Below are positions 54,150 through 64,000 of a DNA stretch of 64,000 bases, in pieces. Under the pieces are notes generated by a model. The model searched no databases. It worked only from the letters and a program-made list of their open reading frames with translations, and had not been told where the DNA came from. A program made the position numbers and the translations under genes. Position 1 is the stretch's first letter; each line of letters begins with the position of its first letter. Origin of the DNA: Carpediemonas membranifera BICM (taxonomy: Eukaryota > Protista > Fornicata); assembly GCA_019828565.1 (NCBI GenBank), contig JAHDYR010000053.1:1145044-1209043 (forward strand), given 5' to 3'.

Positions 54150-57100
54150 TTAATCGGTCTCCGTTGAGTTGCCACTGTCACTGCCATCATCGCTCTGGTT
54201 CTCGGTTGCCATCCCCTGTTGTTGCTGCATGGTCTTCATCACCGTTGACACGATCTGGGCCACTAGCTCCATCTGGTTTAGCTGTCTCGGCTTGCGAGAC
54301 CTCTTTGTCCGAGTCCTCTTCTTGTGGCGGACTACCCTGTGCTCCTTGCCGGTACCCTGGTTTCCCTGGGTGTCAGCCGGTGCTGGGGTTGGCGTCGCCT
54401 GCTCCTCCTCCCTGCTGTCCCTGGCCCTGAGTGCGAGAATCAGCTTCTTGGCTTCATCAAGTTCCTTCCTGAGTTCGTCCCTCTCCGCGTCGCTGTCACT
54501 CGACTGTCTGCTTCCAGCCTCGTAACGGGCGTCGCCGTCGAGCTTGCCCCTCTTTCCAGCCCCTGTGTAGCTCACCGCCCTGTCCTTGCCACTCCTCTTG
54601 CCGGTCCCATGAGGGGGTGAGCGGCGTCTGATCTCTCCGGAGTCTCTGCCCTGATCGTCCCTGCGCTCTCTGTCCTCATGATGAGGCCTGACGTCCCTGC
54701 GCTCTCTGTCGCACCGATGGACGCCGTTGTTTCTGGGCTCTCTCTCGTCTCTGAGGGTTCCGTCGGCTCGGCGGTTGTTGGTATAGAGGTCATCTCGGCC
54801 TACTGGCCCGACCGGCGTGCCAATCATCTCGGTGAGCCGTCTGATAGATCCCTCTATGCCCATGTCCGAGTAATCGACCGTGTAGGGTCTCTCCTCCTTT
54901 CCATCTCTTGACGGGATGTACTTAACCGTCGGCCTCTGGGTGATCTTGCAGTTATCCTCTGGCGGGATGGTCGTGGACACCATACGGGTCCCCACCTTCT
55001 TCATCCGTCCCAGTGTCGTCCCTGCCTCTCTGACCCTGATACAGCCCCAGTCTCTCGGGATGAAGGCCGCTCTGATGGTTGCGCTATACCCTGGGGGTGC
55101 CCTGACGTTCGCTATGGCTTTCTCCTCGCGTCTGACGCTCTCTGCCAGGTCGTGGACTCCCGGCTGACCCTGATGAGCAGTATCCTCCCTTGAGGGCCAC
55201 CAGCTGTAGACCATCGCGATGGTGACGATGTCCTCGTCCCTAGTAACTGCCCTGCCAGCTCTTCCCTGCAACATCAGTCTCTGAATGTGGGTCGTGTTCT
55301 CATGGATCGACCATATGGGGACTCTCGTGGTGACTCCTCTCTCCATGACCGTGGTTGGGGCCAATAGAATGCCCTTCATACCCTTAATGACCTCGCTGAA
55401 TCCGAAGCCGATCCCATAGCAGTGATCGTTGTCCGGGACCACTAGGATGCGGTCGCCCTCTTCCCTGCTTAGGTCCCTGCTGTTGCCGTACGGGTGCCCT
55501 CCGAAGATGTTGAAGGTCTCACGCCTGTACGCTACTCCGTTGCCTCCGCAGAGGTCGTCTCTGATCCCTGCGTCCCTGACCGTGTCATACATGCTGTTGA
55601 AAGCGTTACCCATCGCACTCTCCAGATCCGGCGTGCTCATCTTCTTCAGCATCATGCCCCACACCTTCGCCGCGAACAACGTTGCATCTGCCAGCGCACA
55701 ATGGTAGCACCCTGCAGTGTGCCTGTGGTACGGACAGGCCCCCTTCGGGAGCTCCCTGCGCTGCCATTGGCTGGCCCATATATCTGCCATCTCCCTGTAG
55801 TTCTTGATCTCGTAGTTTGCCCTGTACTCTCTTGCCTTATCCGGGGCGAGCTCCTCGATGGCGTCGGCCAGCTCGCTATCGTCCACCAGCCTCATTCTAA
55901 AGAAGTCCCTGGTGTCCCTGTTGAGCCCGTTGACCTCGTTCGTCAGGGAGGAACTTCTCCATGTGGACGCCCTTGGCATGAAGGACTAGCTTCCAGTTCT
56001 CCCTGGTCTCTCTGTCTCTCAGCTTGGCTGCGAGCCGCGTGGCCCACTCTCTAAATCTGCTGAAGTGCTGCTGATAGTCCATCGGCACCTCCCCTGTGTC
56101 CACTTCCACGAACGTCGCTGGGGGAATCCCCGTCACTGCCCACGTCGCGTATCTGCTCTGGTCCACCTTGTTGGCCGGCAGGTTGGGCTCATAGAAGAGG
56201 CCGTGGCCATGGCCAACGACCTCCCCCGTCTCGACGTCCACTAGCACGAGCCCCCCTCTGTCGGCACCGCACTGATCCCTGCCCTCTCACTCCCAGGATC
56301 TCCACACTCGAAGTCGATAGAACCGAGGATGAGCTTCTTCTGACCCTGACTCTGCAATGCCTCCGGTAGGCTCCCTGCTGATGCACTTCCCTCTGATGCT
56401 CGGGGTATGCTCTCTTCTTCCTGCTGATCAAGCTCGGCTCCAAGGCCCCTTCTGGCGCTCACTCCTTCCGCTTGTGTCAACACGACCTTGGGTTTGGGGT
56501 CTTCCTCTTGGCTGGTCTGTGCGCCGCTCTCGTTGTCTGACTCTTCTTCCCTGTCCCTCTTTTGGCGGCGGCTGGTGGCATTGATCACCCTGGCCCTGAC
56601 GTCAGAGAAGACGAGCTTGTTGCTGAGCGGCGTCTCCTGTCCTTGTGCCCTTATTGCGCCTCTGCCCTCCGTGTTGACTCCTGTCTTGCACCAAGCTGCC
56701 TGCCAGACCGCCGGCGCCTCCGGGGCCTGCAACCTGAGGATGTCCCTGCCTTCCTCCATGAATCTGGTGATCTGCCATGCTCTGCAATCTCTGATGTCGA
56801 TGAGGACCTTGTAGGTGCCATCGTCCTGCTCCATAGCGATCCTGGTGACCAGGCCCTGGTTAGTGGGGTCCCACACCTCCTCTCCTGCGATGGCCTCGAC
56901 GGCTTTCTCATCTCCATACCCTGATGTGAGCGTGAATGTGCCCGTCTCTCTGCCCTCAATGCTGTCTCTCTCACTGTCCCACTCGATGTTGCTCTGTTCT
57001 CTCGGTTGGAGGATGGCCTCTTCGATCTTGTGGTCGGAAGGCCACTTGCTCATGTCCCTGTGCCCTGGTTGGATGGTGACGTTCTCCTTGGCCTCTGCTA

Positions 57101-57497
57101 GGCGCCGTTCTTCGTCCTCTCTCGGGTCTAAGGCCTCTGTCATTGCGTAGAAGATGTCTCGAAGCCCTAGGATTCCGTTGGGGTTACGGAGGATCTCGTC
57201 TCTGTTGTTGGTGATCCCTGCGGCACGTAGCACTCTCCTCGCATTCAGTATCACCTCTTTTCGTGCTCTGGAGCTAGCTCCGAACGATCTCCCTGAAAAA
57301 TCTTCTGCGCGACGCAGTAGTAGCGTTCTGGTGCCCTTCTCTTCCATCAAGTAGTCCGTTAGTAGCTCTCTAATCGTGTCCCACTCTTTTGAGCGGATTC
57401 CCTGATCTTATCTGGTATCTCCACTCTCATCTGGTTGTTCTCTTTTCCCTGCATGAAAAAGCTTGGCAAATGCATCGACGCGAAAATCGGTCAGCAT
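54150..57497 (-). CDS. LINE-3 ORF1 (stitched) with Maelstrom-like domain
   Basis: ORFs 56241-57350, 55897-56247 and 54150-55979; IDFE...PTEG...VTGIPP...AKGVHME...CPYH...HCALAD. Start approximate. Confidence 0.85.
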
Positions 57498-58378
57498 GGC
57501 CCTGCGCAGGTACTGTCCCCGCACGGACCTCCCTGTTTTCTCATTTTTCCCTGATCGTTTGTTTTGGGGCTCGCGGCGAAATGGCGCGGTTCTAAAAATG
57601 CATCGCCATTTTCATGCCACACCGTCCCTGGATTTTGGCCGTTGTTACGCCATTCGTAGTGTGTTCGCGGCCTCTATCTGGGCCCCTGCTGTTGTTCGCC
57701 GGTGATCCTTCCTTCCCTCTGAGCTGGCGAAAATTCCATTCCATCGATGCTCCGACATCCTTCCCTGCGCTCTCCGTCTCTTTCCCTGTAAATCTAAGCT
57801 CCATATTGTTCGTTCTCTAGTCCCTGTGGCTATGGAGCTCCCACTCATAACCGGCGGTGCACCCTGAATGTAACCTTCTGGTTCGTTGGACAGGGGCCAT
57901 AGTCGCTCCTTTTGAGCTCGATGGGGCACTGTTCTATCTATTCTAGTACAGGCCTGTTGGTCTTCATCCACCCCTGTTGTAAGTGAGAACACTTAGCTGA
58001 AAACATTGGTGGACTGACTTTAAGGCTAGAGGAGGTAAGGCGAAGCTCCGCAAGCTTATAAGCCCGGAGATCCAGTCCTATGCATCACAAGTGCTAGGCT
58101 TAGAGACGCCGCGTTCTGGCCGTACATTTGGGTGCCCTTGCTCGTGATGGCCTTGAGGCGTGCACCGCGGTCGAGTGTTGGCATCAGGGTAAGGTACAGG
58201 TGAGGCAGGATGGTCCTGGCCTCGGCGCGAAGCTGGTCACGCACGGACACGGGGGCGGAGGGGGCGGCCGTTGCCGCTGTTGGTTCATCAATAGATCATT
58301 TAATAGTCTTGAGTCGTCCAGCTCGACACATGGGTGTCGAGCTCTATTCTTTGTAAAGCTTTGTTCTCACGAACCCAC

Positions 58379-58390
58379 AGTAACGTTACT
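58379..58390 (+). promoter_or_regulatory. Palindrome AGTAACGTTACT at the PBS position (Gy-D)
   Basis: Perfect 12-bp palindrome after the LTR; gag ATG at 58395. Confidence 0.85.
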
Positions 58391-58394
58391 TACA

Positions 58395-61300
58395 ATGACT
58401 GAGGACAAGGGTCCGTTATGTACTCAACCAGAGATTAATGCTCTGCTTTCGTTTAAGGAGAAACTCGATCGCCATGTCCGAACGGGCGGAAAACGCCGAC
58501 TTATCAAGCGTTTGGGTCCGGCTGTCACCTCATACTGTGCAGCAGTTGGTATAGACGTAGCCAAGACATACAAGAGCGCGAAGCACAACACAGTGACGGG
58601 CGAGAAGCGTAAGAAACATGAGAGAGAGGACCTCGTTTTTCAGAGCGATTGCTAACGCAATTAAGCCCACTGATCCGATCCTAGAGCGCCGTCTTTTCCA
58701 GCTAACGACCCAGGGTATTGACGTGGGACGTCTCTCACTCTATGCCGACAGATTCATCAGCCGCAAGGCCGTCTTGGCTCCCTCTTTCTCCGACGCCGTG
58801 ATGCGCAGCATGTTCGTGAAGGGAATCCAGGACGAGGACCTCCGTAGGGAAGTCAAGGAGGCGGCTACAGGGCTTGACCTTAACAGCACCATCCAGGTCG
58901 CTCTCCAGACGTGCAAGCGTCTCCAAGAGGCTGCGATGATTACTTCCAGGACCATCAAGTCCGATTCTCAGCCTCGAAACCGCCCTCCTAAGGACCAGCG
59001 CGCAAGCCATTCTCGAGGTCTGCGCCGACAGGGCGGCCCGCCTCACCCGGGTGAGCACCAGTCTCATGGCAAGCACCAGTACCGGGGAGCCCAGTCTGAA
59101 ATGCAGAGAAGTCAGCAGACCGGCTCAAGCACCGATCATCAGAGCACCAGCCGTACCATCGTGTGCTACAACTGCGGCAAGTCCGGTCACACATCGCGCC
59201 AGTGTCGGAACCCGAAGACTGTCTGCAGCAAGTGCGGTAAGCAGGGACATCAAGACAAGTTCTGTCGGGGTACTTCAGTAAACCCCCAGGCTTGTTCATC
59301 CTTTTCTCGTGCACCCGCTCATGTCCTGACATCGTTGAGTCAGACACACAGCAACGCGCTCCCGATAGTAACAGCAGAGGTTCCGGTCGGTAATGATCAC
59401 AGTGTGCAATGGGAGCGTGTACTTTTCGACTGCGGGGCGGATATTTGCTTGGTGAACCCCCAGTCGGCAACCGCTGCTGAACTTATTCCGACGAAGCTCA
59501 GTCAACCTATCGTCATCAAGACTCCAGGGGGATCTATTGAGTCCGACGTTTGCTATGAGATTCCCCTTCTCATGCATAAGTCACCTTTCACTCCAAAGGC
59601 ACTGTCGACTACTGTCGCCGCATACGGAGTTGAATGCATCTACGACCTTCTATTGTCGTACCCAACGATGGTTGAGTGGGGCATCCTGCCCAGTGTCGCG
59701 GAATCTCAAGCGAGCCGGGACTCTGACGATATGGAACCGTCCGTCCCCCCAATGGACGCGATGCAGTCCTACACTATGTCAACAGATTTTACAGCGATGC
59801 ATGCGCGAATCATCGCCAAGTTCAGCCGTTGCTTCGAGGAGCGTGAGGGGTTTTCTGCCTTAGAGCCTTATGACCTGATCTTGAAGGAGGACCGAGTAGT
59901 AGCGTCCAGGTCAAATTACATCCCTCACCAGAAGCAGGGTCTGTTTGATGAGCACGTCCGGGAGCTGTTAGCCAAGAAGTATATTGAGGCGAGTTTCTCT
60001 CCGTACTCGTCTCCAGCTCTCCCTCGTCCCGAAGGGCCGAGACAGAACTCGTATGGTTGTCGATTTCAGAAGGATCAACGACCTGACTGAGCCGTTTGAT
60101 TACCCGATCCCAGAGGTTCAAGCGTGCCTCGCACGGTTGGCAGGAGCTAAGATCTTCGCCACGATTGACCTTTCGAAGGGTTATCATCAAGTCAAGTTGT
60201 CCGAAAGGTCGAGACAATACACTGCGTTCCAGACCCCACGAGGCAAGTTCCAGTATACGGGCATGCCGTTTGGATTGAAAAACGCTGGGGCGCATTTCCA
60301 GTTTGCAATTGAACGGGGATTCCACGATCTACTTGGTACCGCGTGTATCATATATATTGACGACATTATAATTTTCGGCCGCACAGAGCAAGAGTACTTG
60401 TCCAACTTGAACAAGGTGTTGGCGAGGGCCGAAGAGTTGAAACTCAGCCTCAACAAGGAAAAAGTCACACTTTGGACTCGCAGAAGTCGAGTTCTTAGGC
60501 TGGGTGGTGTCGGGTACAGGATTTAGAATTGCGCCAGACCGCATTCGGGATGTTGAGACGCTGCGTGTCCCGAAGACGAAGAAGGCCGCTCAAGCCCTAA
60601 TGGGATTCTTGAACTTCATGAGAGATTTTTGTGCCAGGTTTTTCGAGGATCGTGCACCCTTTAGCTCAAGCCGCGTGTGGCAAGGCACCTCCCGACGGCA
60701 GCGATCAGGTCGAGGCTTTGGCGCAGGTCAAAGATCTGCTGTGTCAGGCTCCCGCCCTCGAACACTTCGATGTTACCCGTGAGCACGTCGTCATGACTGA
60801 CGCGTCAGACCTTGGAATTGGCGGAGTGTTGCTACAAGACGGTAAGCCGGTGTCATACATGTCCAAGTCTTTCAACGATGTGCAGACGAGATGGAGCACA
60901 ATTGAACAGGAGGCGTATGCAATCGTTTCCGCGTTGCAGAGGTGGCGCAGGTTCTTGTGTTGGACACCATTCACATTGCTGACTGATCATCGCAATCTTG
61001 TGTTTATGTCGCGTTCTTCCAACTCCAAGGTTCAACGGTGGTACGAATCAATATCTGATCTTGATTTCACGATCAAACATGTGGCCGGAGTGGATAACAG
61101 TGCAGCCGATGGTCTCAGTCGCGTGTTTGCGGCATCGGCAGATCGGTTGCCAGTGGCGTCTGAGACGGAGATAGCTGAGGCACACAGACACGGGCAAGCT
61201 CACCTGCCACTGCATACCACGATACAATTCTTGAGGACACATGGCAAGAGGGCGCCCGTGGATCAGGTGGCGAGGGTGATCGACAGATGTCCGGTATGTC

Positions 61301-62401
61301 AACTCACAGCAAAACCAGCTGAAGCCGCCAGGGCATACTTACATACAGCCGGACTCAGGCCGTTCATGAAGGTAGCAATGGACACTATCGGTCCGTTGCC
61401 CGAGTCGCTCGGATACAAGTTCATTTTTAGTAGTAGTCGATATGGCTTCGAGGTGGACCGAGCTCATTCCGCTGAAGACAACGAGAGCCGACGAAGCTGT
61501 CAGAGCATTTGCTGACCAGTGGATACTCAGGTATGGAGTCCCTCGAGTCCTCCAAACAGACGGAGGCAAGCAGTTTGTCAACAAGCTGTTCAAGGACTTG
61601 TCCGTCCGAGTTGGCTTTTCAATCCATACAACCACTCCATATCATCCACAGTCAAATGGAGTGGTCGAACGAGCGAACAGCAGAGTCGAGCGTATTCTGA
61701 GGGCGCGGCAGTACGAGCTGAGGTCGGAGCTGTGGTCGGAGTCGTTGCCAGTTGCACAGTACATTGTCAACGCGACACCACACTCAGCAACGCGTTTAAC
61801 CCCAGCAGAGGTGATTTTTGGTAGTGATCTGCGCGTACCGGCCGACATGCTAATCGTCAAAGAACTGGGTGAGAAGGCGGTCAGCCAACCAGCGAGCAAC
61901 GTAGCTGCTGCCAAACTCGCTCGAGAGCTCGCTGAAGCACGTATTAAGGCAATGCACGCTGACGCTCTCAGCAAGTTGCCCCCTCCTGAACCAATTACGT
62001 CTGAGTTTGTATTGGTCAAATACCCGAATGGGCCACCATCAAAGTTGGCTGCAGGGTGGCGAGGCCCCATGCAACTGATCCAGCCTATCATGAGGAATGA
62101 CTTTCCTGTTGGTTACTGGGTTAGAGATGTCAATACGAGGACCGAATTCCAGGTCGCGTCCGAGAGGGTCAGACCATTTTCAGGCGAGCTGTCCATGCAA
62201 CATGCCCAAGAGCTAGCAGCAGTGACGATCGGCGAGTATGTCGTGGAGTCGATATACGAAGCAACGCATGAGCGCAGACTCAGCGATCGGCAGTTCCACG
62301 TCCGATGGGCAGGGTACGAGCCTTCGGAAGATACGTGGGAGCCGTACCAGAACGTTAAGGGATGCGAAGCGTTGGATATATATCTGGGGAAGGCCGAATA
62401 A
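58395..62401 (+). CDS. gag-pol: Gy-D gag-pol with chromodomain; about five frameshifts in homopolymer runs
   Basis: Two CCHC knuckles, LFDCGA, YIDD, TDASD, TDGGKQF, YVVESIY...FHVRWAGYEPSEDTWEP. Confidence 0.93.
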
Positions 62402-62426
62402 ATGGCCCCCAAGCATCAGAAACTGT

Positions 62427-63249
62427 TTATTCGCAAGTGTCACAACGGACGTTACCATCGAGGGCAACGTCGTCGGCGAGGTAAGACTCGTAAGACAGAT
62501 GCTCAGTGAGGAACTGGGCAACGGCAGGGTGAGTCTGCATGCGCCGAGTAGCGATGGCAATGCTGCTCACATTGGGGCATTCCTCATAACTGACATGCAG
62601 GCGCAGAAGACCAGGGGCGTCAAAACGATAATGCCAAACACGCGAGACCGTGAAGGCTGCAGAAGTCATGTCTTGCAGAGTCAGCGACGGGGCGCGGTCA
62701 GCAGTAACCGGCATGAAGCCTGACAGAAGACTGAACTCTGCGTCGTCGAAGGAAGCGCCGCTACGCATGCGAGCGAAGTACTGACGAGCGAACTCAGCGC
62801 AATCAGCGCGGGTGAGGATACCGAGGGCCTCTCCCATGTGCAGCACAAAATATAGGTTGACATCGTGGCCGAGCATGACAGCACGGAAGACATGAGGACG
62901 CATGGTGACGATGCTGAGGCCAGAGCGATTCTCGATCTCTTGCTTGAGCGCGTTCGGCACATACGCGCGTTTGTCTCGAACAGCAGTGAGGTAGGCTGAA
63001 ACGATGGCAGCATCAGTCGAATCGCGACGTATGGAGAGGTAAGCCGACATCGCCTGGAGTACGATAGCGTCACGGCAGAGATCAGCGCCGGCGTCATGCG
63101 AGTGCACTGCAGCGGAAGCGCGGGTGTAAGAGTGCAGCCGGTTGTCGGTGAGCAGCAGTAACTCAGTCCGGGGAGAGTTCCAGTAGTAGCTGACTGCCTG
63201 CCGGGTGACGAGTTCCACGTAGCCAGAGAGGGATGGCGGGGTGTCGTCC
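62427..63249 (-). CDS. Gy-D antisense accessory ORF, 3' part (5' part displaced by Gy-F)
   Basis: Frame open up to the Gy-F junction; aligns with the Gy-B antisense ORF; stop within AATAAA. Confidence 0.75.
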
Positions 63250-64000
63250 TGTGGTTTGACTATACCTGTTTTACTGGGGGAAAAGACTTCGACACAGGGG
63301 TGTCGAAGTCAATCCATAAATGTTCTTAAATTGTACTGACTGACACTGCCCCTCCATGCTCAACTGACTTGAGTATGAATAACTTGTGCCGGTAGGCCTC
63401 ACAGGGGAAAGCCTGTGCTAACCTACTTCACCGTTGGCGGCTGGGGAATAGCCCAGTGCCCGGGAAGGGTACTCTGCCTTAGCTCGGTAACCCTTGCTTC
63501 ACCGTCGCTAACTGTGGGTAGCACAGCAGCCGGAACACCGTTGACATACTCTTACTGCCACGTAAGGGTGTCCGGTACAACCGTAGTTGTTCTGTGGTGA
63601 CGTATCTCCAAATTGATTGACTCAGAATTTCGTGGTACCACTGTGTAAGTATTGCGTCATACGCTCAAGGGTTAGTCTTACCCGGGCTTACCGCCCTCCC
63701 ACGGGCCATTACTGGGCCGTATGGTCGTCGATTAGTTCATTCGGATCCTTAAAATGCACAAATGGCTTCAGTTCGAAACCACCATGGTATGCGGCCTTGA
63801 AAGCCCTCATTCTTACATAGCGTTCGAATAACGCCTCTAGAGGCCTCAAAGCCTCTTCGTTGCCGAGATATGGCCTTTTTTGCTTTTCTCGTTCGTCGAC
63901 AGTTGGGACGCCGCGAATATTGCTCTATAACACTAACAACATCAGTATTCGTCTCATAGACGTATAAATATCGTGATTTTTGCGGACTTATCGTCCTCAA
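63250..64000 (-). mobile_element. Gy-F 3' end: 96-bp LTR (63250-63345), PPT, 3' internal region
   Basis: TG...CA segment with the TCGACAC-N4-GTGTCGA hairpin, PPT GGAGGGGCAG, and the FExYVR motif shared with Gy-B and Gy-C. Confidence 0.8.

Larger units (their letters stand above)
49602..58014 (-). mobile_element. LINE-3: full-length non-LTR retrotransposon (about 8.4 kb), sister of LINE-1
   Basis: 13-14 bp TSD (T)GACTTTAAGGCTA at 49588-49601 and 58015-58028; (TTTC)n tail. Confidence 0.95.
58278..63249 (+). mobile_element. Gy-D: relative of Gy-B, interrupted by Gy-F; 3' LTR not in window
   Basis: 102-bp TG...CA LTR at 58278-58379 sharing the Gy-B LTR hairpin; gag-pol closely similar to Gy-B. 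Confidence 0.93.

Noticed and set aside
58600-61450. Multiple frameshifts in Gy-D, Gy-B (about 33908) and the LINEs as programmed frameshifting or decay
   Set aside because: Most of those I checked fall in homopolymer runs and are not shared between sister elements, so long-read indel errors are more likely; needs read-level checking.

Overview
Eukaryotic (probably protist) GC-rich DNA made almost entirely of nested retrotransposons. Host-like sequence is limited to the first 10 kb: a frameshifted helical-repeat gene, an intronless cyclin and an unassigned gene. I can delimit three full-length APE-RT non-LTR elements (here LINE-1, -2, -3) by 13-16 bp target-site duplications (TSDs). There are also at least seven Ty3/Gypsy LTR elements or element ends (Gy-A, B, C, D, F, G, I; a chromodomain is visible in five) with very short LTRs of 63-108 bp, several gag/integrase remnants and a truncated CRE-like RT element. 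Nesting reaches five levels. Two observations stand out. (1) All four intact 5' LTR junctions lack a tRNA primer-binding site and instead carry a perfect 12-bp palindrome AGTA-NNNN-TACT, whose central 4 nt differ per family but stay self-complementary; this suggests tRNA-independent, RNA-dimer-based priming. (2) ORF1 of all three LINEs contains a Maelstrom-like (DEDDh + ECHC) nuclease domain. Also notable are an antisense accessory ORF with a second chromo-like domain in two Gypsy elements, a conserved peptide-like motif upstream of three 3' LTRs, and covarying RNA structures in the LINE UTRs and inter-ORF spacer. Element names are my own labels. All family assignments come from motif recognition by eye; no searches were run.
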